DNA of 64,000 nt from Batkoa obscura. Lineage: Eukaryota. The notes under the pieces were generated by a model, which was given only the letters and a program-made list of their open reading frames with translations, ran no database searches and was not told where the DNA came from. Position 1 is the first letter of the stretch; every line of letters begins with the position of its first letter. Both the position numbers and the translations under genes were made by a program. The stretch covers positions 186,001-250,000 of the forward strand of contig JASVEC010000003.1 of NCBI GenBank assembly GCA_030770535.1, read 5' to 3'. Shown here piece by piece: positions 24,973 through 39,076 of this stretch.

Positions 24973-26186
24973 AATCAAATTTTATTAATTTTATATTACA
25001 TTATTATATGACGAATATTAAATATCAAGTATTAAATTAAAAAAGTAAACTACATTAAAAACAACTTCAAAATACTATTTATATCAAAAACATTTATTAA
25101 TTTCAAAAGATTCCTATTAATTATTAATATCAATAGGTAGCAGCTCTCACTAATAAAATTGACTGTATAAAAATATAATTTTATAAGAAACTTTGATCAA
25201 GTCTATAGGATAATGCTTACCTTTGCTTTTATAGCGTTTAACATCTTTAAAGCTATTTGATTTTTCAAATTTCTCGGATAAACTTGAATCAATTTGTAGC
25301 CTAAAAAATCGGATTCTATTTATTTATTTGAATACATAAAAGGTATTACGTAAGTAATATTTATTTCTGTTAAATAAAATTAGGGTTTTTAAATTTATCA
25401 GAATTCTGTGAAGGAGCACTTGATTAAAAGTGAAAATTTATCTATCTCCGATTATATACTATCTCTGGTATTTGGAGATCTGGATAATTTATAGCTTACT
25501 ATTTAAAAAAAATTCAAATACAATTTCTTTTTATTATGATAAAATAGTAGGTAATTTAATAATATGTTATAAAACCCCAAACCCTTATATTAAATATTTA
25601 CTATTATTTCATCAACTCTAACCACCTATTTTCAAAGCATACCAGGTATTACACACACATTAAATTTCTTTCCAAACTTACTCATCGCGATTTAAAAAAT
25701 TTCTTTATTAATATTTCCAAATATAGATAACGTTAAAGCTATTTTCCAAATGAAAATTTAATTGTTTCAATTTGATAAAGACCAAATAGTCGTAATAATT
25801 ATGAAAGATGATGGTAAAGTTTTAATTGTTTACATCGCGATCGACAAGCAGAACGCTATGAATTATACAAATATTTCAAAAGCATTAAAGACTTTAAAAA
25901 CATAAGGGTAATTGATTTCAACACTTACTAAACTTAATAAACAAAGCTTGAAGTGTATTTTTTTGTATTAATATTCCCTTTAAAACATGTGGATAAACCG
26001 TGTAATTTTGGATGAAAATAAAATGGTGAATTTGTAATACACGGCAAAGAAAAAAAAAGTTAAAAACTGATGGAATTGAAAAGCGAATTTAAAATATATA
26101 TATAGAAAGATCAAAGAGTTATTGAGATCCAGAAAAAATCAAAAAAAAAATTTATCAAAATTAAACTTAAGAAATTAATCGCAAAT

Positions 26187-27461
26187 ATGTTATTAAATAA
26201 TATGGCCAACTATTCGGGATCTTACAAAGTAAGTTGTAGGGATATTGAATATAATTTTAATTCATCCTCCGATACTCAACAAGATAATGTATTGTTAAAA
26301 TTATATTACCCATCAGAACCGAATACTATATACAATAAGTTAATGAATTGGGCTTGTTTTCCAGATCATCGCTATCTTCGAAGTAAGTTATAATACCACA
26401 TTTAAATCAACCATAGATACTAATCCAATCCCATAGGTTTATTTGATTATATTAAAATGCCACATTTAGTTAGTAGCACTTTAATCTATTTGTTAGCAGG
26501 AGAACCCAAAACAGGAAGTTATATATCGGATGGTAGTGATTTGTTAAAAGATATTGATGAATTTCCAGTAGCTTTATTCAGCCATGGATTAGCAGGTACA
26601 CGTACCTTTTATTCAGGTATTTGTGGTGAAATTGCAAGTTATGGTATCATTGTAGCTGCTGTTGAACATCGAGATGGTTCAGCGGCTTATTCTTATAAAT
26701 CAAGTGAACCTAGAGAATTAGAATATCAAAGAGCACCTGGTGAAGATGGTAGTTCTGAAAATTTACAATTTCGTAAAAAACAAATATTAACGAGGAAAAA
26801 GGAAGTTAAAGATGGGTTGAAAATATTAGAGATGTTAAATCAAGGAGAGTTGAAGAAAGAAAATTTATATTTACCAGATAAAGAAGATAAAGAGTTTCTA
26901 TATTTAAAGGATTTAAATAAAGACAAAGAAGAAAAAGAATTTTGGTTCAATGGATTAAATGTGTTTAAAAATAAGTTGAAGATGGAAGAAACTTATCTTA
27001 TAGGTCATTCATTTGGCGGAGCTACTGTATTAGATTTATTAACAGAAAGAGAGAATCCATATAAATTAGCAGTTACCTTTGACCCTTGGATGTATCCAGT
27101 TACAAATGATACTATTACTAAACCTAGTTTAGGTATCGTTACTGAAGCATTTTATAAATGGCAAATGAATTATGATAAAACGTTAAAAATATTTCAAACT
27201 AATAATGAAAATCAATTATTTATTCAATTAAACACGTTACATTATCATCAATCGGATGTACCTTCTTTAATAGAAAATGTAGTCACTAAATTTAAAACAT
27301 TACCAATATTTCCAAAACAAGCATTAAGAGATAATGCTAATGCAGCTCTTAAATTCATTGAAGTTCATATGGATCCTATTTTAAAACAAAAATTAAAATT
27401 CAACATACCGGAAGATTTAAACGATAAAACTAAATTTACTCCAATGAATATGAAAGGATAA
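26187..27461 (+). CDS. PAF acetylhydrolase (isoform II/Lp-PLA2 family alpha/beta hydrolase), paralog 1; intron 26383-26436
   Basis: FPVALFSHGLAGTRTFYS, EHRDGSA, GHSFGGAT (Ser), FDPW (Asp), HYHQSD (His); no signal peptide. Confidence 0.92.
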
Positions 27462-27849
27462 AATAATAGAAAATATCTTTGTCCTCCCTTATCTAACTAA
27501 CTCTCATGATGTTAAGGATTAATAATCAAGTGATTCTATTATTCTTTAGTCTTCTCTCTCTTCTTTTTTAAATAAAGTGTTAGTTTTAAGATAATGTTAT
27601 AAATAAGTTTAAATAAATATTTTAATTTATTTATTTAATAACAATTTTCTAATATATTTTTATTAGTTAAAATATATGTTATAATTAAAACATAATAAAT
27701 AATTACTATACTAATAATATTTCCTCATTTCATTTTAATTATTACAATAATCATCAAAAGTAAGTATGGGTTTATAATAGAAGTATTAACAAAAAGATAA
27801 TAAAAATTCCAATTTTACTTTATTAATCTCTTCATTTTTCCTCTTAAAA

Positions 27850-30800
27850 TTAAAATAAATTTCTACATAGTGGACAAGTAGATTGTGCTGAAGATTTAAA
27901 CCATTTAAATAGACAAGCTGGATGAAATTTCTTTTTACATGTACGACATTGTTTATTTGGTAAACATTGATCTAATACACCAATAACTGAATAACAAATA
28001 GTACAATCTTCCACTCCTTGAAAATGTAAATTCACATTTTTTTGAAATAATTTAATACTATCAATTAATGTACCATTCTATATGAATTAATAAAATAAAT
28101 AAATAAAATAAATAGAATTAAAAATTAAAAAAATATTACCTGAGTTACAAATATAGCTGCTGAATTAAGTGTCCAACCTCTCCATTTTTTTTCTTGAATA
28201 ACTGGATGTCTATTACCTACTAATTCAATATTTAATAATGGATAACTATCTGGCATAACAAAACTAATTGTAATTTCATGTTCATCAATATTAAAACAAA
28301 TTAAAATTTCATTTTTTATTCTTTTAATTTGACAATTTTCTTTTTCTAATTCAATAATTTTATCTTCAATTTGATTTAAATTAAATTCAATCATTTTTTT
28401 AGAATATTGTTGAATTATATATTTTTCTAAAGATTTACTTTGTTTTTGATTATTTAAACTTAAATACCATGTACGTATACTTGATGGTAATAATAATAAT
28501 AATTGATAAAATAAATATGAAGATAAAATATTAATACTATTATAATTCAAATTCATTTCATTTAAATAAATTTGTTGAATTTGAAATTTACTACTATCAA
28601 ATGAAGTTTGTTGTTGATTATTAATATTTAATAAATTAATTATTAATTTTAATATATTATCTAATAAAGTTGGATAATTATTATTTATAAAATTAATATA
28701 ATTTAATTTTAATTTATAACTACAATTAATAAAATAATGAATTAATAAATAAATATTTAATAATTTAGAATATATTATTAAATCACTATCAATTAAATTT
28801 AAAGTAACTTGTTGAATATTATTAATTATATTTTGATTAATTGATATTATTAAGTCAAATTTATTTTCTTCTTCAATTGAATCATCTTGTATAATTAACT
28901 CATTTTTTTCAATTTCATTTTCAATGATTAATATAATTAATTGAGTAGATGAAATCATTAATTCTAAATAATTACTATTATAAACATTAAATAATCGATT
29001 CATTATATTTTCATTATTAAGTTTAATTTTATCAATTAAATTGAATGTTAATTGATTTAATTCATTATAATAATTTCGTTTAAATAATTCCAACTCATTA
29101 TCCTTACTATTTGTCATTGTACTTAATTCACATTCATTTAAATAAACTTTTAATATTAAATTTTGTAATTCATCAAACTTCATCTTCAATAATTGATTCA
29201 TTGATAGATTTAATATTTTATTTTTAAAATTAAAATAAAATGTATTTAATATTAATATTCCTTTCTCTTTGACAAATAATATAATCTCTTCTTCTTCTTT
29301 AATTTTTAATAATATAATAATTAATTGAATTATTTTATCAATAAATTTTAAATTAATAGGTTGTAATAATATAATATTAATTAATTTATCAAATATATTA
29401 AATAATATTCCAATTGAAATTAATAGTTGATTATTATTATTATTGTTATTAATATCTTTTTTATCAATTAAATAAATTAAATTTAATATCCAATTAGCTA
29501 ATTGAGCTTGATAATTAATTGGTAATAAATTTAAATTTAAATTATTTAATAAAAATAATTCAAATTGAATTGATTTCTTTTTCTCATTTTCATTATTATT
29601 AATTAATATATCATACATTTGTTGACTTTGAATATTTATTAATTGATTTACTAAATCTATTTGATATTTTAAATTAAATTCATTTAATTTAACATTCATT
29701 GAATAATTCTTTATAATTACTTGAAGTAATATATTTTTTAATATTTCATTTTGAACTTCATTTAATAGAAATTTCATATTATCGACCATATTATTCTTAT
29801 TATAATTCTCAATTAAATAATATTCCCATACAATAATAATTGAAACAACATTAAATTCATTTTGAATCTCTAATAAATTCTCCAATAATCCCATTAAATT
29901 TTTTAAATCCCATTCTTTAATATTTAAATATTCCATAATATTTAAAAATAATCCATTATTTTCTAATTGATTAAAATAATTTAAATCATTACGATCGTAT
30001 TCTTTATTAAAATAATATTGAATTGATTGTATTAAACTTATTATTAAATAATTACTAATTAATTGTTGTCTATTATTTAATTGAGTTAATAATTCTATAT
30101 CGATTTCTTTAATGATATTAAAATAATATAATAATAATTTATTAAATATTGTTTCATTTAATATCAAATTATTATCATTATTATTATCTAATATATTATT
30201 ATTATTATTATTATTGTTCTTTTCTAATACTAAACAAATTGGATAATTATTAATAATATATTTACTATTAAATTCTAATTGTTTAATATAATTATTGATT
30301 CTATTCCAATGATATTGATTAAAGAATGTAATTTCAATAATTTGATCAATTTGATTAATATTCCATTGATTCTTCTTCATTAAATTTAATAATTGATTAA
30401 CCAATTTTGTTAATAAATCATTATTTAATTCATTCTTAAAATCTTTAATAATTTCCATATTAATTTCCATGATTAAATTCTTAACTAAATTCATTGCAAT
30501 TTCATTATCAATTGTATTTAACATTTGTATAATTATTTTATAAAACTCATCAATTTCAATTAGTAAATTATTATATAATAAACTTTGATATTGAAATTTA
30601 AATTCTATTTTTTTAAATTTAAATAATATTAATTTACTAATTATTGTTTCATTATAATTTAATATTCTTTTGATATATTTTGTATCTTCTTTTTCATTCA
30701 TTACTTTTTTAATACCATTAATTATTATTTTAATAATACTGATTAATTTATAACTATATAATTCATCATGTTCTTGTTTATTCCATTCTATTTTTTGAAT

Positions 30801-33794
30801 TTTATCTTCATTTTTTTGTAAATTGTTTTTTTCTTCCTTATTCTCTTCTTCGCTTTCTTCTTCGCTTTCTTCTTCTTTATCCTCCTCCTTCTTATCCTCG
30901 CCCTCTTTTCTATTACTACTCTCTTCCTCAATTACTTCCACAGTCAACTCCTCACTTTGATACTCATCAACTCTTAATTTTTCTAAAAATAAATCCCAAT
31001 AATTACCTAAACAATTAAGCAACTGTTTATAAAATTCATTACTAAACACCTTTTCTGGTGCAATTAAAATAATTTGTAATAATTGATTAATTGGTAAATC
31101 ATTATTGATATTTAAATTATCTTTGTTAATATAATAAAAATCTTGATTTATAATTATTGTTTGAAATAAATTTAATATCCAAAATTCAATAGAAGAAAAA
31201 CTTTCAATTGAAAATTCACCTTTTTTCATCTAATAAAAAATTAATAAATTGATAATATTATAATTATATTATAAATTAATTTACCTTTTCAATTAATAAA
31301 CTGAGGAGCTGAATTTTAAAGCCATAATTTATTTTATCAGTTGATAATTTCATAATTTCCATTAATTTAATTATAATTTGACTATTTTGTTTATTAAATG
31401 AATTATTTTCATTTAATAAAGTATTTAATCCTAATTCAACATTATAACAAATCATTTGATTTAAAATTAATTCATTAATTGGAATTATTAATTCTTTTGT
31501 ATCTTCTGTAAATTGATTAAATAATATCAAATAACAATTACAATAAAAATTAAATAAAATTATTAATGTTTCATTATTATTATTATTATCTTCATTGTTA
31601 TTATCATCCAATTGATTAAATGCATCTAAAAATAATTGTTCAGCTAATTGAATAAATTTATCTTTTTCTTGGGTATAATAAATTAATTCTTTTAATAAAA
31701 TAATAATTTGTAATTCATTTAAATTAATTTCATTTAATTGATTATGAAATAATATTTGTTGATATCTTTCTTCTAATTCTAAAAATACATTTTCAAAATT
31801 ATCATACTGATTTTGATTTTTATAATAAATTATTAAATTATTAATAAATTGAGCATAAATTGATAGACATGGCGTAATATCAATATCAATGTTATTATTA
31901 TTTATATTCTTATCTCCAGTAGTTAATAATTTATACCAATTTTGTTGAATTAAATTTAATAATTCATTATTATTATTATTATTATTACTATTATTATTTA
32001 ATCCTATTTTTTTTAGTAAAATATTATAAATTTTAATTGTCAATTGAATTCTTTCAATAATAATTAACTGTTGATTTTTAATTGTTTGTTTCATTAAATG
32101 AATATCATTTTGTATAGCTTGAATTAATAATTTAATATTTTTTTCATTAAATTGAATTAATTCCATTTCGTTAATTAGTAAATCTAAGTAATTAAATATT
32201 ATTAATGTATTATTTCCACATCCTTCATTAATAAATCGTATTAATTTATTAATACTTGGTTTTTTTTGTAAAGACCAAATTATTGGAAATTCTAGTTAAA
32301 TAAAATTAATTAATTAATTAATTAATTAATATTAATAAATTAAATCTTACTTTTAGTTAATACAATTAAAGTTTCAAATAATAATTGATGATTAAAATGA
32401 TCGGTTTCATTAAAACAAACAGTTAAAAAATATTTACTATAATTTTCTAATCTTTTTTCAATTAATTCTAAATCAATAAAAATATTAATACAACTTATTA
32501 AAGATATAAAAACAAAACTTTACCTTTTTGATTTAGACAAATACCTAAAATGAGTTCATAACTTGCTCTACGAATATAATAATCATCATGTTTAAAATAC
32601 ATAAAATACTTTTCATTATCAAATATTTCTTCATATTTTTCAAGTTTTAATGCTCTCTTTTCTAAAGATAAATTATCTAAAAATAAAATTTTAATTTCTT
32701 TACTTTTGTTATGTTATTATAGTCTAAAACTTACTCATCAAATAATTTAATATTCTAAAACAAGTACTAATTATTTTACTATATCGTTGATCCATTTCTT
32801 CATTAGAATAAAATCGACTATCAGCTAAAAATAAACAAAAATATTAATTATTATTATTTTATTAACTATTATTACTTTATTATTATTTCAACTAAAAAAA
32901 ACTACTTACAAATACTTTCCCTTGATTGATAAATTAAATAATTTGTTACAAACTCTAAAATTTCTTCGTGACCAAACTTCAACACATCTTCTTGTTTTTC
33001 ACTAGGAAATAATTTCTAATAAATTGAATATCAGTCATCTACTTATATCCAATCTATCAACATTTTAAAAAAAAAGACTTACCTCAAATAATTTCTTTGC
33101 CAATTCCGCTTGTTCTTTATTATCAAAAAAGGCTGCTAACCAAGAAGGTAATAATTGTTTTAAATGAGGTCGTATTTTTTTATTAATTTTGTCCACAATA
33201 GTTTGGAAAATTAATAAATTTAAGCTTCTAACTTTACGTTCTAAATCAAATACAAATTTTTGAAACTGGGGTACCTAAATAAATCACCATTTAATATCAA
33301 TCAAAATAATACATTATCTTAAATAATCAATAAACCAAATTAATAAAAAGAACTTACATAAACCTTTAAAAATACTTCCATTTCTTCTTCCTTGATAGTT
33401 ACTATTTTATTATAAATATCCTGCAAAGCTTTCACTTTAGTAACACTATTACGTTTACTAAGTTTCTTTAAATTCACTATAAGTTCTTGATCTAAATTAG
33501 CACTTTCTATAGCTACTGCATTTGTTTTTTCTTTATCCTCTGAAGTAAAAGTATTGAAATTGATATTTAAATTGAAACCAGTATTAAATCCGATTTCTTT
33601 TGTTAAAAGATCGGCAGCAAAACTAAAAAAAAAATTAAAAGTGAATATTGAATTAATAATTTTAACTTAGTTTTTAGTTGCTTTTTAAATAAAGTCTTTT
33701 AAATTTTGTATTAAAGAATAGCTTACCTACTAGAACTAGGTTTCATATTCCCTTTCACTCTTTCTGTGGTATTAATTTTTTTATTTTTAACCAT
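27850..33794 (-). CDS. LTN1: Listerin E3 ubiquitin ligase, multi-exon, Asn-rich
   Basis: N-terminus VKGNMKPSSS..NLKKLSKRNSVTKVKAL; RWD-like MPDSYPL..KKWRGW; C-terminal RING CTICYSVI..CRTCKKKFHPACLFKWFKSSAQSTCPLCR. Confidence 0.93.
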
Positions 33795-34512
33795 TTTTTT
33801 AGAATTGAATTCAATTTATTAAAATTTGAAAACATTGATATCTTACTCATTTATTGAGTTTTTATTAAATTTCTATATTTTTGTTACGCAGTATAGAATC
33901 TAATTCTTTAATAAATTATCCTTAGATTATTGGTCTATTGTGGATTTACTCAAAATTAATTGGTAGATTTAAAAAATATGATTTCATTCTTTTTTTAAAG
34001 TGCAAAGTTAATTCTTAGATATTTTTGGATTTTATCCATGTAAGCGATAACCTTTAGCCGATATTTCAGTGTAAATGCTATAATATTATCTGAACTCTTT
34101 TAGTATTTTAATTCAATTTTTATATAAAATTATTTAAAAGATTAGAATTTTAATACTTAACAGCTTTTATATTTAATTAAATTTATATTATATTTTCAAG
34201 CTTTTAAAATTATAATAGCTTGTTTTATAAGAATAGCAAGATTTGATAAAATTTTTAAGTTCAATAAACTTTTTATAAATCTTCAATTAAATAATTACTT
34301 TTTAAAAAATTTAGTAAAGTAGTTTATATTTAACAGCTATAGTATTTAGAAGTAATGATAAAAACTTAAATAATATGATATATAATTTTAATCAAAGCTA
34401 CAGGGTTAAAGTAACACGTGATCCAAAAAATTAAAGAAAAGTATATATTAAATTTATAGGTTATTAGTGAGCTGATCTAATTTTTATATTACTATAAATA
34501 GGCATCCTACGC

Positions 34513-35809
34513 CTAAAATCCTATAAGTTTAAACAGTTTTCTTTCTTGTTCATTCATTCTAGTAAATTTATCTTTATCACATAACTTATCCATAATACTC
34601 AAATTCAATTTTTGTTTTAGATTGGTATATATATATAACTCAATAAACTTAAGAACTGCATTAACATCATCCCTAAACGCTTGCTTTGGAGGGTATTAGC
34701 AAAGTTATAACAGAAGAGGCTACATTCTCTATTAAAGAAGGTACATTGGATTGATGGAAATGATAAGTATTCAATTGAATAAATGATTGGCTTTCATTAT
34801 TTGTTTTAAATAATTTTAATGTTTTATCATAATTTAATTGTCATTTATAAAAGTATTCGCTAATAATACCTAAAGTAGGTTTAGTAGTAGTATCATTTGT
34901 AATTGCATACATCCAGGGATCAAACGTAATTCCTACTTTATATGAATTTTCTTCATTCAATAATTCTAAGAGAGTAGCATCGCCAAATGAATGGCCTAAT
35001 AGATAAGTTTCTTCCATCTCTGATCTACTTTTGAACTAACCAAACAATCAAACCAAAACTTGTTTTCCTTTTTGCCTTTATTTAAATCTTTTGAAAATAG
35101 AAACTCTTTATCCTTTCCATCTGTTAAATATAACCCTTATTTTATTAGCTCACTTTGTTCTAGTAACTTAAATATCTTAAATGCATCTTTAACCTCTTTC
35201 TTTCTCATCAATATTTGATTCTGATGAAGCGGTAAGTTTTCTGGACTATTTTTATCCCAGTGGGAAAACTTATGCTCTACTCCTTTAGGTTCACCACTTT
35301 TATAAGAGAAAGCTGCTGATCCATCCCGATGTTCAATAGCAACAACAATACCATGACTTGCAATCTCCTCACAGTTTCCAAATAAAGGGTGACCATGTCT
35401 ACTAAACCATGGCTAAATAAATCGGTTAGAAACTCATCAATATCTTTTAATAAATCACTGCCATCTGATATATAACTATTAGTTTTTGGTTGACCAACTA
35501 AAAAACAAATCAATGCATTACTGATCATAGTAAGTAATTTGACGTAGTTTGATAAGTCTATTAAGATGAATTAGTACATAAAAAGCAATATCTATAGCAT
35601 AATATTACCTCTCATATATCAATCATCGAAGTAGGGCGCCCAGTTAGCTAATCGACTATATGTAGCTTGGTAGATTATGAAGGATATTAAAGCCTTAGTG
35701 ATACATCATCATCTTTTTGTGGGGCTTATATAATGTTTAAGTTGTATTCTATATCTCTATAGCTTACCTTATAAGGACATATATAGGTGGATAATTTATT
35801 TAACAACAT
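34513..35809 (-). pseudogene. PAF acetylhydrolase paralog 2, pseudogene
   Basis: Homologous along its length (MLLNKLSTYICPYKVSYRDIEYNLNII*, FSHGL, EHRDGSA, GHSFGD, FDPWMY). In-frame stops at 35726-35728 and 35687-35689, a frameshift near 35370 and further stops; MITE at the ATG. Confidence 0.9.
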
Positions 35810-35913
35810 ATGGGGATGTTTTTTTAGTTTCATTGCTTTTTCCATTTTTTAAGCGTTATTTAAGTGAAAAGACTGTTAGTAAAATTCTTAAATAAAAAAA
35901 TACATCTCCATAT
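35808..35913 (+). mobile_element. ~105-bp MITE family copy 5, abutting the pseudogene start codon
   Basis: C-ATATGGGGATGTTTTTTT...AAAAAAATACATCTCCATAT; CAT at 35807-35809 is the minus-strand ATG. Confidence 0.88.
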
Positions 35914-36492
35914 CAAAAACTACTTTTTATTTTTTCTAGTTTCTTTCTTTAATTGATTTTCATTATTTAATAATAATAACTATACAACTACTACTTCATC
36001 CAACCCTTCTTAGTGATCTTCACACTGATAGTTTTGATTTTGATAAAAACATAATTTGTCTTATTTATTTGCTATTACATCATTTTCAAAAAGTAATTAC
36101 TTCCAAAGCATTAAGAAATAATAGATTAATAATGAAAAGGGTAGGAGAATTCATTAGCACCTTAGACCAACCACTTTATCAGGGTACTTTTTTTGAGAAG
36201 AAAAATGATGTCTTCTAAAAAATTTAGTCACAAAGCAGTTTATTTAGTGGCTATAATATTTATAAATAGTAGTAAATACTTTACTAGTGTTGAAGGTTAT
36301 CATTAATCAAGACTATATCTTAAAAGAGATCTACTTATTAAACCTATGGGTTATTAGTGGATCAAATTGAATCTTTATAGGACACTTTATAAACCTTTCT
36401 GAGATAAAAAAAGCAGATAGCTTTGTAGTACTAACTACTCGGTCACCCTACACCCAAAGTTTTAAAATTCTAAATCGACTCTCTCATCTTAC

Positions 36493-37783
36493 TTATTTTA
36501 TATATATTGGAGTAAACTTAGTAGAATCTTTTAAATTATCGTTTATATTATATTTCAACTTTCTTTTCAAGCCAGTATCCATATATAGATTAATAAAATT
36601 AAGAGCCGCATTAGCATCATCTCTTAAAGCTTGTTTTGGTGATATTTCTAATTTTTTAAATTTTGATACAAAATTTTCTAACAAAGAAGGAGCATCAGAT
36701 TGATGAACATGTTTAGTATTTAATTGAATATACATTTGATTATTGTTATTTGTTCTAAATAATTTAAAAGTTGAATCAAAATTAATTTTCCACATATAAA
36801 AAGCATTTGTTATGATTCCTAAAGTAGGTTTTGTTATAGTATCACTAGTGACTGGATACATCCAAGGATCAAATGTAATTCCAATTTTATAAGGGTTGTC
36901 TTTTTCACTCAATAATTCTAATACAGTTGCACCGCCAAAAGAATGTCCTAAAAGATAGTTTTCTTTCAAATTTAATCTATTTTTGAATCCAGATAACCCA
37001 TCAAACCAAAACTCTTTCTCCTTTTCTTTCCCTACTTTATTTTTATTCAATTTCTTTAAATATTGAAATTCTTTATCCTTTTTGTCTGGTAAATATAATG
37101 CTTCTCTTTCTAACTCTCCTCGGTTTAACATTTCCAACACTTTTAATCCATTTTTAGTCTCCTGCTTTCTTATCAATAATTGGTTTTGACGAAACACTAA
37201 ATCCTCTTTACTTTTTTCTTCCCATTCTGGAAACTTATATTTCAATCCTTTTGAGTTCTCACCCTTATAGGAATAAGCAGCAGAACCATCTCGATGTTCA
37301 ATAGCTGCTACTATAATCCCATGACTTGCTAATTCTCCACAGATCCCTGAATAAAAGGTACGTGTACCTGCTAATCCATGACTAAATAAAGCAATTGGAA
37401 ATTCATCGATATCTTTTAATAAATCACTACCATCCGATATATAACTCCCTGTTTTTGGTTGACCAACTAAGAAATAAATCAATGGCTTACTAATTATACT
37501 CGGTACTTTGATATAGTCCAATACGCCTATTTAATTGAGGTTACTATGTTAGTTAGGATAATTAAGTTTTAATAATACTACCTTTCAAATATCGATTTTC
37601 AGGATAAGGAGCCCATTTAGTTAATTGATTGTATAACTTATTTGATTCTGAAGGGTAATAAATTTTTAATAATACACTGTCTTCTTGTTGATTTATGTTT
37701 TGAGTTAGGTTTAAATTATATTCAATGTCCCTACAACTTACTTTGTATGGGCCTGAATAAGCGGGTAGGTTATTAACTAACAT
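36493..37783 (-). CDS. PAF acetylhydrolase paralog 3 (two exons)
   Basis: Same exon structure as paralog 1; SHGLAGTR, GHSFGG, FDPW, HVHQSD. Confidence 0.92.
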
Positions 37784-38479
37784 TTTTCTAATGACTTTTT
37801 TTAAGATATTTTTGATATTTTTTGAATATTGGTTAATTATTTTATATACTTTTAAATATTTTGAAAGTCTTTTTATATCTATTTATTAGTAATTATACAC
37901 TTACTGCCTTTCTCTTATCGATCTTCATAAAATAAAACTTTGATCTCGATAAAAACACAATCTACCTTTATTATTATTATTATGATTATTATTAGTGTTT
38001 TAAGTTGAAAAGTTAAATTAAAATTTTGTTGTTTCATCTTAATAAAAATAAAAAAATTAATTTCTAATTTGGAGAATTAATCTAAAAAGTTCAAAAATTA
38101 ATTATTTGAGTCTAAGAAAAGATTATTGTCGATGTGATATCTGGTAGCTTTAAAAGTAATGATGGAGTTATATATAATAAAAAATGACCTTGGAAATAGT
38201 ATGATTTGACTTTGGAATTATTTTGTTTCTATGATTTTAAACTTAAAGCTATAATCGAAATATAAAATTCACTATAATTTTAAAAACAAAATTATCATTA
38301 ATTTATCTGATTAAATTCAATAAAATAATACGATTCGATCTAAAGTAATGATGACTATTACGATCAAACATAATAAAGTAAATTAAAATAAAATGAATTT
38401 GTTTATATTGATATTATTTTTACAATATCTGTTAAGATTATATGAATATAAAGTTGCTTTATCAAATAATTTATTAAAT

Positions 38480-38790
38480 CAAGAAATCATTTTATTTTTC
38501 TAAGTGTATCAATTCAACTGAATAACTAGTGGATTTATTTTGGAGTGTAAAAAATATCAGAGAATTAACAGAAAAGGGGCGAGGGATTCAATCTAGCATT
38601 ACCAAACTGAAAAATAAGACTGTGCATCCAGTCAGTACCAGAGGATTTCAGTGCAATAGCGAAGGCATGAGAGGCTTCTTTTATCACGAAGGATTTCCAT
38701 TCAAGGAAAAGGACATCAAGAGGTAGTGGAGCAGGAATAGATTTGAAGATGATACTGTAAAAAGTTCTGTGAAAAATTAGATCAATCATT
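38480..38790 (-). mobile_element. Probable 5'-truncated non-LTR retrotransposon 3' end
   Basis: GC-richer island. The minus frame LIFHRTFYSIIFKSIPAPLPLDVLFLEW resembles LINE ORF2 C-termini and is followed by AATAAA-containing sequence. No equivalent was seen in the paralogous intergenic region. Confidence 0.35.
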
Positions 38791-39076
38791 CTAATTTTTA
38801 TTTAAAAAAATTAATATACTATTAAATAAATTATAGATAAATTTATTGAATGAATAATAGACTTTAAAGACTTTTAAAAATAATTTAAAAATATAAGAGA
38901 AGTTTAATGATGATAATTTTAATTATTATGATTTACTGGATATTTTATACTGAACATAGACAAGTGTATAAATTATGCCTCTATAGCTTTGAATTGAGGT
39001 AGTAAGTATGTAAATATTTGAAGTAACCGAGTGGAGTTGGAAATCGTATATATCTCCATTAAGTCTCTTAATCGTT

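Noticed and set aside
24140..25621. Short hydrophobic ORFs at 24140-24388 and 25430-25621
   Set aside because: F/L/I/Y-rich translations expected by chance in AT-rich DNA; no motifs.
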